Shown here: piece after piece, positions 39,445 through 52,731 of the stretch
How the letters are laid out: each line of letters begins with the position of its first letter
How positions within the stretch are numbered: position 1 is the first letter of the stretch
Source: Felis catus
Taxonomy: Eukaryota
Direction of reading: 5' to 3'
NCBI RefSeq assembly: GCF_018350175.1
Contig: NC_058368.1
Coordinates: forward strand, 69,504,001-69,568,000
DNA: 64,000 nucleotides
Program-made: the position numbers and the translations under genes
The notes under the pieces: generated by a model
Database searches by the model: none
Seen by the model: the letters and a program-made list of their open reading frames with translations, nothing else
Told to the model about the DNA's origin: nothing

Positions 39445-40639
39445 AAAATCATAGCGAACACAGAATGAAGGGAAAAGAGTCTGTTTCACCCTGAGCCTCA
39501 AGACGCCCATTTCCTTATTAGCACACCTGTTAAAAATAAAGCACTTCTTTGTTTTCACTGAACAGTAGAAAGATTTCCTTTTTGATATGTTTTTGAAAAG
39601 GCAGTTAAAACTCGTTGTGTCGAAGACTCTGACTTATAATGTAAAGCATTCCTCAATTCCTGATTCTGAATATGTGCCCCTTAACTAGGAACAGCAGAAA
39701 TAAGAAAAGGCATGTGTGACTGATTTCAGGGTACAGGGGACACTTGAATGGGCTGGATGTCCAGTCGTACATATTTGGTAACACTTCCATGAAAGCTCAT
39801 GCTTTCAGTATTCTGTGATAATATTTTTTTCCCTCCCAGTAGTGGCACTGAGTCAACTTTGTGACTCCTACCCGATCTGCCTTTCTTGTCCCTCCCGTGA
39901 CCTCTGCCCTTCACCCTTGGAGTGGCCCCTTCTCCTGCCTTGATGATGTGCTCGTGGTTCAGATCACAGTGACTTGTCATGGAGGGTGCCTGTCCCTTGC
40001 CTTTGATTCTAGCAGTGACCACAGCTCCTTTCTTTTCTGCAACACCAGAAAACGGTTGTTGGCAATAATTCTACCATAGCAGAGGCTGTGGCCACTATAA
40101 ATCTGCAACCTCCGATCTCACCTGGTCGTTGGAGCTTCCTGGCTCCTCTAATGGACAGCCCTTAATCATTGCTTTGCTGTGTCCGAGGTGGCTGTGGCAG
40201 GCCGTCCTCGTCCCTCCCGGCCAGGTCTCCTGCGGCTCCACAGGAGCTGTCATCCTTAGGCTTGATGGGGCAAGAAGGACTGGGTCCTAGTCCACTCGTG
40301 CTGTGGCCATGCAGGAGGGACCAGCCAGCAGGAGAGATGGCTGTTGCCAGGGACCCCAGCAGGGCCAGGAGGGAAGCAGGGGAGGGGTGGGTGATGAAGA
40401 GCCTGACCGCAGGCAAGGGAGCCATGGTGAGCGGGCTGTCCGGGTCAGTCAGCAGGAACAGTGGGGGAAGAGCCAGGACACCATCTCTCTTAGGGGATGA
40501 CCAAGCCAGCCACCTCCCAGAGAAGGTTAAGGCCACCAGATGTGGCTTCCTCAGGCTCCTACCTCTAAACCTCTGTGGGTCTCTCTTCTGTGCCTTCACT
40601 TCCAGCCCTGGGTGAGGGGTTCCTCTTTATACCCTCTGA

Positions 40640-40684
40640 CACCTCCATCGCTAATCCCACCTCCATCACTAATCCCACCTCCAT
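40640..40684. repeat. 18-bp tandem repeat, 2.5 copies
   Basis: Unit CACCTCCATC(G/A)CTAATCC. Confidence 0.85.
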
Positions 40685-41799
40685 AGGACATTGCTCTACC
40701 TGTCCTACACCAGCACGGATCCCTTCATTCACAAATGAATCCTGCGATCCACGGGCATGCTTCTATTAAATTTGTAGATGACTTTCTCAGTATAATCCAA
40801 ATAACAAAGATAAAAAAAAGCTGGCCAAAGTTGTGTGTGGTTATCGTGCATATAGAATATGTGAGTTGAAACAAAACCTTCTATCTGACCATTAGCCGTC
40901 TGATGATCCCTTAGCCTGATTTAATGATTTCTGTAAGTACCAAGGTTTTATTGCAGCTGTTAAATGGGACATCTGGTTTTGTAACGCGGTGCTGGGAAGT
41001 CCTCTTTTCTTTGTGAGCTGGGTTTCGGCTGCATTTAACAGCTCCTTGCGTCCAGGTGGATCACGCAGGGACGATTAGTGTCCCTACTTGCTGCCCACAT
41101 GATGAAGCGTTTGGGCTCCCGGCCACCGCCCTACCCAGAGCTCTCCTGGTTTGTCAGGCTCTTGCCCATTATTCACCTCTAAAGAGGAAACCCTCCCTCC
41201 AAGACTTGGCGTTTGCTAACCGTGAACTTCCTGAACCCCTGATAACAAAGGTGGTCTGTCTCCTTTTTTCCTCCCCCTTCCCTTCCATTCCCAGGGCAGT
41301 TTCTCTAAGGTGGGCTTCCCCGTGAGTGCTTACCGCCGCCTTCTTTTCTGAAGCTCCTGAAAGGTACGTGTCAGTCTTTGAACATAAAACTCTAATTTTC
41401 TGCAGAAAACTGGTTCAACAGAAACCGAGACGCTGCCAACAGCCGTTGGGCGTCCTGCCAACCCAGAGCTGTTTAGAGAGGTTTTATGTGGGTACGAGTC
41501 GCATTGCTTAGCTTCCAAACCTATTTTTGCCTTCTGTCTGGCTCCAGAAATGCTTGACGAGGGGCCTGGAGAGCTGGTTTTGTTTTTGGTCATTGTTGAG
41601 TGGTACACAAGGTCCTAGGCTAAAGTTCTTTTTCTCTGTGCCCTGTATACCCACGTGAACCCTCCGGGCAGGTGGTGGTTTGTAAGGCCCTACTGGCAGC
41701 CCGTTCTGCCGAGGCATCGAGGTGACACTTTAGATGTGGTCCGTTTCCTGGGCTCCTCCGTCACTTGATGACTCAATTTGCTATTTGCTGAAATAGAAC

Positions 41800-42225
41800 G
41801 TGTTAGTTTGCCAGGGTAGCGGTGACCTAGGACCACAGATGGGGCAGCTGCAACAACAGAAACGTGTGTCCTCGCTGTTCTGGAAGCCGGCAGCCAGCGA
41901 TCAAGTTGTCAGCAGGGTTGGTTTCCTTGCGAAGCTGTGAGGGAGAGTCTCTTCCATGCCTCTGGCCCAGCTTCCCGCGGTGTGCAGACAATCTCTGGTG
42001 TTCTTTGGCTTGTAGGTGCAGCTCTGTCTCCCCCTTCATTTTCACATGGTATTCTCTGCATAGGTCTGTCTCCCAGTTTCTCGTTCTGAGGCCACGATCG
42101 TATTGGTTTAGCACCCACCCCATCTTAACCTGAGTGTCCACAGGCTCGATTTCCAAATAAGGTCATTGGGCACCAGGGGTTAGGGCTTGAACATGCGAAT
42201 TTTGTTGAAACCTAATTCAGCCCAT
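41800..42225 (-). mobile_element. MLT1 solo LTR
   Basis: GTGTTAGTTTGCCAGGG...CAACAGAAACG...TAGGGCTTGAACATGCGAATTT...ATTCAGCCCATA. Confidence 0.82.
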
Positions 42226-42759
42226 AGATACAGTGGCTTTCATTGTTCGGCTTCTTTATGAAACCTCATTTGAGAAATGGTTGGGCTATTTGGTGCTGTC
42301 ACTTCTAGCTTTGCAACTTCTGTACCCAGTTTTCTGTTCTGGTTCCTTCGGAGCACAACGTACAACAGGACATTTTCTCAGTAAGTGGAGGAGACTTTTA
42401 TCCCCCCCCCCCCAAACTCTTCTTAAATCACACGTATGCATAATTAAAATGAGGCCTGTAGTATGGGCAGCCGTATTAGATGAGAAATCTTGGCTGTTTC
42501 ATTCAGGTAAACCACAGGAGTAGGTTGGTTTTGAGTAACTTTCCTTCCTCCCCCGGCATTTTTCAGTGAATCAGTAATGGGAGAGTGCTAGCTTGAGAGT
42601 CCCTGCCTAGCACCTTCCCCCATCGTCCTGTTGCACTTTGAACATCACTCACTGGTTTGGGCCAGTATCCCTTCCCTTGAGTCTCGGTCCAGGTTGAAAA
42701 CCTAAGCCTTGACTGCTCTCCCAGTGTTTGCTCAGTCAGACAGTTAAGCCAAAGAACAT

Positions 42760-43470
42760 CACTAACCATTCAAAGAAATGCAAATCAAGAGAGCAGTGAG
42801 ATACCTCTCTCTGCTGTCAAGACCCAGAATCTAACAAGTGTTAGGTGAGGATATGGAGAAATTGAACCCCTTGTACGCCGTTGCTGGGAATACAAAATGG
42901 CGGCTGCCATGGAAAATAGAGCAGTTCCTCAAAAATACAAACATACAATTACTGTAGGATCTGGCGATCCTACTTTTGGGTGTATATCCAAAAGAATTGA
43001 AAACAGGATCTCAAAGAGATACTGGTATGCTGTGTTCATTACAGCGTTATTCACTGTATCCAGGAGGTGGAGAAAACCCAAATGTACGTTGATGGATGAA
43101 TGGCTGACATGTGGTATATACGTACCGTGGGATATTATTTGGTCTTAAAAGGAGGGCGATCCTGTCACCTGCTGCAACGTGGATGAACCTTGAGGATGTT
43201 AAGTGAACTAAGTCACAAAAAGATACTGTATGAATCCACTTATATGAGGTCCCAAGAGTAGTCAGATTCGTAGAAAATACAACAGTGGTTGCCGGGGACT
43301 CTGGGAGGGGAAATGGAAGGCTGTTTAAGGGAAATGTAGCTTCGGTTTTGCAAGATGAAAAAGTTCTGGAGATCTGTGTGAATGTACTGAATACAAGTGA
43401 ATTATACACTTAAAGAGAATTAAGGTCGGAATATTGTTAGGTGGGTTTTTTAACCACAATTAGAAAAAAT
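42760..43470 (+). mobile_element. Old L1 (L1M) ORF2 end and 3'UTR
   Basis: GAAATGCAAATCAA...GGTGAGGATATGGAGAAATTGAACCC...GGATGAACCTTGAGGA...CAAGATGAAAAAGTTCTGGAGAT. Confidence 0.9.
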
Positions 43471-45167
43471 TGGAAACTAGTTCAAATAGGCACAGCCAAT
43501 TTCCACTTTGGGAAAAATAGGCTGGCCCTTCATTTCCACCATGTTTCAGGTGAATCCTTACAGTGTACCAGGTGGGGCTCAGGGTATGGAAGTAGGTTCA
43601 ACCATGGTGAAAAGGTTTGGAGGTGGGAACAGATTTGTTCAATTAAAAATCCTAGCTGCTAAGTATGGGACCTCTGCTCTGTAGATGACTGGTGGAGATC
43701 CTCTGAAAACCTCAAGGTGACTCGAAAGTTTCACTAATAACACTGGAGGCATCGTTTGATGTTGGTATTTATCACTTGGTTATGTGTCATTAATTACCAT
43801 TTTATGGCTCGTGCCTCCCACAGAGATGTTTATTTTATTTTATTTTATTTTTTTTTAAGGCTGGGGTCTTGGTGACCTCCACAGCAGTTGTGTGTTTCCT
43901 GCACATCCCAGGAGTAAATTAGTTAATGGATCTTTCTTGTCCATTGATCCACTTGGCGGACCTTCAGCAAATCACTTTCTCCTGTCACTTCACCTCTAGG
44001 TGCATTGTCTTCTGGATCTTGGGTTATCTGAGGATTGAGAAACACTTTCAAAGACACCATTTCAAAAACGATCCTGAAGTTACCAAAGGTGTTAGCGTTC
44101 AGCGATGCCAATGCATCTTTATTTTCTAGCAATTTTTATGTGAACTGACCGGTTGAATAAGATTCTCCCATACCAAATCTTTTAATATTGCACAAAACCT
44201 CAAGCAAGCAAGCCAAGTGATAGCTCCTTGCCGTACTTGGCGTGCCGATCTGCAATTAAATATTGTTTTTGAGTAACGTATGACGTTCCCAGTCGAGAGC
44301 TGCCAAGACATACCATTTGGACCTTGTTCTAATTAATTCTCTGCAAATGATAAAATTTTCTATTCTTTGCCCTTCTGCCCACAGTTTCTCCTCCTTTGCA
44401 GAGATTCATCTGATAGTGAACATGAAACAAGTCAAAAAAATATATTTATTCTGCTTGTGTCGTAGCACTTAGAAACCTGTAGGCAAGAATTTTTTTTTTT
44501 TTTTATATAAGAAATGTTAAATTTGTGTCCCCCGTGTACTGCATTCAGGTAAATTTTCCCGTCATGAAACCCTTTTTACTTCTGTTTTATTGACAGCTTG
44601 AGGCCCCTGAGTGACAATGTAAACTATTAACTTATGGCAGTGACAGGACATGATAGCATAATCCCAAGTGTTTTTCTTAGAGGATAAGGTCACAGGATAG
44701 TAATAAAAACTACAGAAGGGAGATGTCAGCACACTTACCTGAGTTATGAGGCCCCGTTTTCTCTACTGTGTTGCCTGTTATAGGTTAGAGAAATGGAAAA
44801 AGTTGACTGAATGTATAATTTATGAGTGTTTTAAGAATCAGAAAGCATTCTTTGAAAGACAAGTTGTGACCATATAATGTTTCCTAGCAGGTTGTGTAAT
44901 GGTCACAGGGCAGGCCTAAGAGCCATGGGGCTGTGGGGCAGGTGAGTCACTTCTTCTTACTTGCCTCAGAGAACTGGGTACCACTTCCCACCCCCAAGAG
45001 ATTTGGGCATCATTGGAAAAATTGTCATTTTCCATGAAACCGTCATAGTAGCTCATTTTAATAATTGCTTGTTAACATGATGTAGAAGGTGCAGATATTC
45101 AAGGGCTTCTGTTTGTAGGTTTGCATGTCCTCCTGGGTCTGATGCCTGCAGGTTTTGTGGTTCTAAA

Positions 45168-45466
45168 ATTTTTTTTAACGTTTATTATTGAGAGACAGAG
45201 CATGAGCAGAGGAGGGGCAGAGAGATGGGGAGACACAGAATCCGAAGCAGGCTCTAGGCTCTGAACTGTCAGCACAGAGTCTGACACGGGGCTTGAACTC
45301 ACGAACCACGATCTGAGATCATGACCCGAGATCATGACCTGAGCCGATGTTGGACGCTTAACCAACTGAGCCACCCACATGCCCCCTTTAAAAAAAATTT
45401 TTTTAACGTTTATTTATTGAAAGACAGAGACAGAGCACAAGCATGGGAGGGGCAGAGAGAGGGGGA
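45168..45466 (-). mobile_element. Full CanSINE plus an ~80-bp SINE 3' fragment within one TSD
   Basis: TSD GTTTTGTGGTTCTAAA at 45152-45167 and 45467-45482. Confidence 0.9.
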
Positions 45467-46479
45467 GTTTTGTGGTTCTAAATGAGCAGTGCTGCCCTGG
45501 GTTTAACTCTCTGGCACAGTGAGTGGTTAAGCTTGTCTTAGCAAGGTACCGATAGATGGTTGAGGACATTGGCAAATGTCATTTGGCCCTTTTTATGTTT
45601 ACATAGAGTTCTTTGTTGAAATAAAGGGATGGTTTAGCTTTACGAGTGAGTGGTATTAGTAGGTAACCTCTTTTTCTCCTGAGTTCAGAATCAACTGAAA
45701 AAGAGGCGTGCTATCCATGGGATGGTCACAGTGTTAGCCCTATGACTGATGAATACCAGGCTTCTGTGCTGCCTGGCCATGCTGGTATCTGTGCCCAGAG
45801 CTAGACTCCCCACTCAGTCACTGGCGTGCCCAGCACCTTCCCCAAAAGTTACCCATCTGATAGATACAGATGCACCCTAGGGAAGGCGCTAGTGAGGGGT
45901 ACAGAGAGAGGCCAGCCAGAGCCCCCACATAAGGAACCACTATAAGGTAATGGCATTTAAATGTTATTACAAGTCGTGTAGGAAGGTTCAATAGACGTAA
46001 AACGGGTGTCCTCTTAGGGGGAAGAAACCAAAAAGCTTTGGGGCTCAACTTACCACTCAATTTAATTGGGAAGTTTTAAGTTGCTAAGGGATATTTTTAT
46101 TTCCCTTACAGACTTCAAGGAATGACATAGGATTTTGAGCTTTTATGGTATTAACTCATTTGCTATATTTTTCCAGTGCTCAAATGTCAGGTGTTTCTTA
46201 GATTTTCTTTTCAAGTCGGAAATTGGAAAGTTGAGAAAGTTAACATCCCTTGGGGTGTCTGTGTATCTCTGTGTACAACTCTGAGGATTTCTTCCCCAAT
46301 CAGAAAAAAATGTTGCCTTGGCAAGCAGGTTGTCAATTTACTAAGCTCATCTGTTAAGAAAAAGGAAAACAAAACAAGACAAAAAAAAAAGCCCCATGCC
46401 TAGGTAGTTTTACAGCCAGTCTAGAAAGAACAGGTACTTTCTAAAATATAAAAATATAATACAGACTAATATAGGCTGT

Positions 46480-48050
46480 GGCCCCCAAATCTAACATAGA
46501 TTACATGGAAAAGGAACATGTAGGTCAATTTACTGAGGAATACAAGTATAAATACAACCCAATTTAATTAAATTTACAAATTAGCACCAGGTGTGGTATT
46601 TTCAAAGGTCAGCATGACTAAGGTCTATTTCATGAATTCAAAGATGCTTCAACATTATGGAATCTTTCAAAAGCCTGAAAAAAATTTGTTTAATGCCATT
46701 AGATGTTAAAAATGCCTAATAGTTGTTTTTAGACGTGGGTTTTAACATGTGAATAAAATAGGAATAAATAGAAAGTACTTAAATATGAAGACTCATTAAC
46801 AAAACCCAGCAACATTCAATTACACGGTGAAATACTAAAACTGTTCCCATTAAAATCAAATACTTGATTGCCTTCTCACTACTTAATAGTAGTTTAAAGG
46901 TTTTAACTCTTAAGAATAAGTTATAACTTTCATAACTTATAACTTATATCTAATAAGTTATAACAAGAATAATTGTAACTTACAAGAAGAAATCGGGAAG
47001 ATTGGGAAGGGGAAATTATTTTTTTTCAAAGGTTGTCATGATACACTGCACCCAAGGTAATCTTTTTTTTTAAGTTTATTTTTATTTATTTTGAGAGTGA
47101 TAATAGCAAGTAGGGAAGGGGCAGGGGAGGGGGGGGGAGACAGTATCCCAAGCAGGTTCCACCTGCTCCTTAGCACAGAACTTGATGCGGGACTCGAACT
47201 CACAAACTGTGAGATCATGACCTGAGCCAAAATCAAGAGTCAGATGCTTAACCAACGGAGCCACCCAGGCGCCCCAAACCAAGGTAATCTTTTAAGTATG
47301 TTTGAATTAGGTAAACTTATGAGTAAATAAATGCATAGAAACGAATGGCTTTTTTTTTCATCCTTGGAATAACCACTTAGAGCTGGGACAAAGTTAAAAA
47401 TTGTGAGCAAGAGTGAAAAATACTTTGAGATTTTACTAGGAGGAACATAAGAAGAAAAATGTAAAACTTTACAGAAGAGTTTTTAAAAATGAGATCTAAA
47501 TAGTGGAGGAACGTACTTCTGGATGGAGAGACCATATCCTAAAATACCAGTTCTTTCCACAGGAATTTACAGGTTTTATCTTCTTCCCAGCAGAGCGCTG
47601 CTGTTTCTTGGGGGATGGGGAAGCAGACCAAGTGATTTTAAGTTCCTGAGGGAGAATGAATGTGTGAGGATCACCAAGACGTTTTAGAAATACGTAAAAT
47701 GGGACTTGCTTTTTCAGAGGGTAGAATTTTAGAGCCACTGTAATTAAAATAGCAGGTACTGGCACAGAAATAGAATCAGGAGTCTGAGTACTTACGGGAA
47801 ACCGTATATGGGAAACACGTTTAAATCTGGTGGGAAAAGAATGGTTTACTTAATAAATGGTGCTGGGCCACACGTTGGGAAGAAAAATTTAGATTTTTCA
47901 TCTTACACCAGTTAAAGGAAAAACTGTGAGGTGGGTTAAAGCCCTAGCTCAAAATGTAAAAATAAAATATTGGGAAGACATTTGGTAAACTATATAGCCT
48001 TTGGGTTAGGTAGGAAACTCTGAGACCATAAGGGAAAAGATGAGTGATAC
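46480..48050 (+). mobile_element. Degenerate old L1 ORF2 fragment, interrupted by a CanSINE (47063-47275, - strand)
   Basis: L1-like segments CAAAACCCAGCAACATTC...GGTGAAATACTAAAACTGTTCCCATTAAAATCA and AATAAATGGTGCTGGG. The SINE TSD is CCAAGGTAATCTTTT. Confidence 0.75.
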
Positions 48051-48057
48051 CAACAAG

Positions 48058-48779
48058 TCCTTCCTCCCTCTCTTCCTCCCCCCTCCCCCCTCCCCCCTCC
48101 TCCCCCCTCCCCCCTCCCCCCTCCCCCCCTCCCCCCTCCCCCCTCCCCCCCCCCCTCCCCCCTCCCCCCTCCCCCCTCCCCTCCTCCCCTCCTCCCCTCC
48201 TCCCCTCCTCCCCCCCTCCCCCCCTCCCCCCCTCCCCCTTCCTCTCTCCCTTCCTCTCTTCCTCCCCCCTCTTCCTCCCCCCTCCCCCTCTTCCTCCCCC
48301 CTCCCCCTCTTCCTCCCCCCTCCCCCTCTTCCTCCCCCCTCCCCCTCTTCCTCCCCCCTCCCCCTCTTCCTCCCCCCTCCCGCTCTTCCTCCCCCCTCCC
48401 GCTCTTCCTCCCCCCTCCCGCTCTTCCTCCCCCCTCCCGCTCTTCCTCCCCCCTCCCGCTCTTCCTCCCCCCTCCCGCTCTTCCTCCCCCCTCCCGCTCT
48501 TCCTCCCCCCTCCCGCTCTTCCTCCCCCCTCCCGCTCTTCCTCCCCCCTCCCGCTCTTCCTCCCCCCTCCCCCTCCCTTCCTCTCTTCCTCCCTCCCCCC
48601 TCCCCCCTCCCCCCTCCCCCCTCCCCCCTCCCCCCTCCCTCCCTCCCCCCTCCCTCCCTCTCTTCCTCCCTTCCTCCCTCCCTCCCTCCCTCTCTTCCTC
48701 CCTCCCTCCCTCCCTCCCTCCCTCTCTTCCTCCCTCCCTCCCTCCCTCTCTTCCTCCCTCCTTCCCTCCCTTCCTTCCA
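48058..48779. repeat. C-rich polypyrimidine tract containing a 19-bp minisatellite
   Basis: Almost entirely C/T. The central part (~48265-48570) is CCC(C/G)CTCTTCCTCCCCCCT repeated, flanked by (CCCCCT)n- and (CCCT)n-like runs. Confidence 0.95.
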
Positions 48780-50203
48780 TTAGTTTCCAGAGACACACTT
48801 GAACTTCAACCTCATTTGACTGTCTCTACATCCCAGGATGGTTATTAACTAGGACACATATGGCCTAATCCATTTGTATCTATAATAATTCTCCATGTTA
48901 TAAATTTTTAACAAACACTACTTTTAATGTCAGGAAAACAGTTCCCCAAGGGTGCTGTAGACTCAGAGGGATTGAAGATGTTCCATGACTCCTATAATTA
49001 AATTTCATTTGTAATTGCAAAATTAGGGTGAAACTTGGGAGCAAACCAAGTAGATGATGGATTTGGGAAAGCCCTTCTTGACTTGAAGAGCTAATGTTGT
49101 CTTCCCACCTCCCCCCAGGTATCCTGGGCACGTGGTCACCTTTTTCCTTTCTTCCTGATCCAGTAGTCAGAGCATTATCCACCTGGCTTGACCTTTATTT
49201 ACACAATAGACCTTACAGCTCTCTGGGAGGTCTTTGTTCAGCCTTATTTTAAATTCTGTCTGTTCTTGCAACCGGTTTTGCCTCTGTTCTCCATCAATAA
49301 TCTACTTTTAGACTGGGGTTCTGATTCAAGGAGAGAGGAAGAATTAATAGATGTTCATTTATTTGCACTAAAATGTCTTCTTGGCCACTTAAGATTGTGC
49401 AGCTCTATGGAGCACTCATGGAGGTTAGGGAGAAGAATGGTGGGAAGCTAGAATAGGTGGAACAGGAATGCACCTGATATTTTTGATTTACACCTAGTAA
49501 TCGTCGAAATAATAAACACTTACAAAAGTATGCATGTATGTACACACAGACGGACTCCTCTTGTGCCACATATAAGAACGTAAGCAGTAATTAGTTGGCA
49601 CTGTTCCTTAAAACTAAGCAGTTCTCTTTGGAGTTCCACATGATTACTGAGACTCAGACTTCACGCAGGCATCCAAAAGAATGCTCCTTGAGGGATGTGG
49701 AAGGGACGAGAAGTTAGAACACGTACTCGCTTCTGTCTGAGAGACACGGAAGAAGGTCTCCTCATTCCGGTTTGGTCTCTGGTTTTCTGTTCTCAGAAGT
49801 CTTCAGCTCATTTGTGCAGAGGCAAAGAATGTGTTCCGTGTTGGTCTCGGCCACAGAGCTACTGGTGCCCCCCTCTCCCCACCTGTCCGCTGTCCCCTCC
49901 TCCCGTGCCTCTTAGGGTAGCCGCCACCCCCACCACAGAGGCCAAAGGACCCCAAACAAGTTTCTTCTCTATCTGCTAACTTGGGTTCCTGGAGGACGTT
50001 GTCTGTACTTAACTGCATAACGCAATCCTCCCTTGTTGCTTTAGGAGCTGATCATAGTCTTTGTCAACTGCCTGAGAAATGTCTTCCACTGCAACTGACT
50101 CCAGATTAGCTGTTTTTCTTTAGTCTTTGTTCTTTTTCACTTTTCTGGGATGTGGGCTCCTTTTCCATTTTTGATAACAAAGGAAGTCATTGGAAGGGAA
50201 GGC

Positions 50204-50609
50204 TTTTTTTTTTTTTAACGTTTATTTATTTTTGAGAAAGAGAGACTGAGCGTGAGCAGGGGAGGGACAGGGAGAGAGGCAGACAGAATCTGAAGCAGGC
50301 TCCAGGCTCCCAGCCTGTCAGCACAGAGCCCAGTGCGGGGCTTGAACTCATGAACCATGAGATCATGAGCTGAAGTCTGACGCTCAACCATCTGAGCCAT
50401 CCAGGTGCCCATCTTTTTTTTTTTCCCCCAATTTATTTATTTTGAGAGCAAATGAGCTGGGGAGTGGGAGGGAGAGAGAGAATCCCAAACAGGCTCCACG
50501 CTGTCAGCGCAGAGCCTGATGTGGGGATCCTACCCACAAACAGTGAGCTCATGACCTGAGCTGAAATCAAGAGTCGGATGCTTAACCGACTGAACCACGC
50601 AGGCACCCC
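50204..50609 (-). mobile_element. Two tandem CanSINEs (50204-50410, 50415-50609)
   Basis: Two SINE bodies head-to-tail. Confidence 0.9.
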
Positions 50610-51038
50610 TGAGCAGGCTGTCTTGACAGAAGGTGGGGAGACAGCCTCCTCCTTTATTTCCCTTTCCTGCCAGAGCACAGCCCTTGACCGTGAGTACAAG
50701 AGTGATCGTGCACCACGTACTCCAGGGCTGAGGTTGGGGACGGTGGGTGTCGGGGTGTCAGATCTCAAGTCCTCGTGTCCAGTTTGATGGTCTGCATCTC
50801 TAGGTGATGCTGGAGACAGGCCCACTGCTGGGAGAGATGGCCGCATCACCCCTTGGGGAGGAGAGGAGGGGGAGAGGAGCCCTTTAGGGCAGAGTCAGGT
50901 GTGGAATTTGGAACCACGTGAGTACAAGTCTTCTGTAGTTACTGCTGGGAAGATACGGAAAATTTCAAGCCTGGGGTCTTGAGTGCCTTAAAGCCATTAA
51001 TTAATTACGTTCTTGGGCTTCTAAGAACACCCCAGTGT

Positions 51039-51256
51039 GGGTGCCTGGGTGGCTCAGTCGGTTAAGCATCTGACTTCAGCTCAGGTCATGATCTCAAGGT
51101 TCGTGGGTTCGAGCCCCACGTTGGGCTCTGTGCTGACAGCTTGGAGCCTAGACCCTACTTCAGGTGTCTCCCTCTCTCTCTGCTCTTCCCCTGTTCATTC
51201 ATTCATTCTCTCCCCCCCCCTCTGTTTCTCTCACAAATAAATAAACATAAAAAAAA
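51039..51256 (+). mobile_element. CanSINE
   Basis: TSD-like ACCCCAGT. Confidence 0.92.
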
Positions 51257-51878
51257 CATACCCCAGTATGGCAAATAATAAGAATGGAGAGCTCTGGTCT
51301 TCAGTGTTGAAATGGGGGTGGGAGAAGACGTGGCAGGTGTCTGGGCACTCAGTATCTGAGCCCAGCTCCCTCACATGCTGGGGGAATGGCTGGGTTGGGA
51401 CCCTGGTGCTCCCTCGTCCCCACCTCCTCTGACCTCCCTCCATCTGTAGAAAAGGGCCATCCTGCCCCTGACCCAGTTCTGCTGGCTGCTCTCCGCGCTC
51501 ATTTGCGTCCCCCATTCTTTCTGTTTTGGGTCTCTGCTTTCTTGCCAATTTAGCAGGGCAGCTAAAAAGATCACTTTAAAATTATGTCTGGTATTGTTAG
51601 CAGTTTTCCGTGGCAGAGTTTGTCCTGGGAAGCTGGTCTGGAGTATGCTGAAAAGTGAAGTTCATCATTTCTTTGAAGTAGCAGCAACAAGGAAATAATA
51701 AAGCGTTTTCTGAAGCGGACTCTGATCCTGTCCACACCTGTTTTATTCTTACAGGTGTGTATAGTAACTGTTGCCCCCCCCCCCCCCAGAAGTAAGGTTT
51801 CTTTTCACTGGAGGCACCTAAATACCTGTGTCCTAATAATATTAGAATTCACTTTTTCACATCTGGTTTTTGGATGTA

Positions 51879-52090
51879 TTTTTTTTTTTAAGTTTATTAT
51901 TTTAAGAGCGAGAGAGCACACACAAGTGGGGCAGGGACAGAGAGGGGGAGAGAGAAAGAGAATCCCAAGCGGGCTCCGAGCTGCTAGCTCTGAGCCCGAT
52001 ATGGGGCTTGAACTCTTGAACCGTGAGATTATGACCTGAGTCAAAACCAAGAGTTGGGTATTTAACCGACTGAGCCACCCGGCCACCCCT
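51879..52090 (-). mobile_element. CanSINE
   Basis: SINE body. Confidence 0.9.
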
Positions 52091-52149
52091 TGAAACGTCA
52101 TTTTGACAGAAATTTTAATACATCCAAAAAAAAAACAAAAACAAAAACA

Positions 52150-52336
52150 GGGGCGCCTGGGTGTCTCTGTCAGTTAAGCGTCTGACTCTTGATTTCGGCT
52201 CAGGTCACAATCTCACGATGCGTGGGTTCGAGCTGTGCATCGGGCTCTGCCCTGACACTGCGGAGCCTGCTTGGGATTCTTTCTCTACCCCTCCTCCACT
52301 TGTGTTCTCTTTCTCTAAAATTAAATAAACTTAAAA
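52150..52336 (+). mobile_element. CanSINE
   Basis: GGGGCGCCTGGGTG head. Confidence 0.9.
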
Positions 52337-52731
52337 GCAACGTTTCAAGTTGTCACTTGTAGTGTTGCTCAACCCTTTTTAGGGTTGCTGATGTCTGTTA
52401 GTGTTTTGAGCTTCTGTACTTCTTTGTGTCTCTTGGGGTCTCTCTGTATTAGCCTAACAAATGTATTTACAACCATTTGGGCTCTTTCCTTTTTTCCATC
52501 TGGGCTTTTTTAAAAGATGGCATTTGCTTTCAGGTAAGCACTTCGTGACCGTGCTTCGTGTAGGGCTGCTTGGGTTTGGTGGCGGTGGCCGCTGCTCCCC
52601 AGGTCCCCATTGACTGAGCCTGGAGGTGTTAGCTGACAGTCCACTTTGTCGCTGAGTTACACAACTCTCAGGATGGGCAGTCCTATCCCCATTTTATGGA
52701 TCGTGCCTCCCACTAGCTTGCCAGATCGGTC

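Noticed and set aside
40162..40615. Overlapping 145/148-aa ORFs in GC-rich sequence
   Set aside because: No homology recognised and no convincing splice or Kozak signals. Such ORFs are expected by chance at this GC content.
47944..48802. Long Gly/Arg/Glu-rich and Pro-rich ORFs (247-284 aa)
   Set aside because: Artefacts of a stop-free low-complexity C/T tract, open in several frames on both strands.
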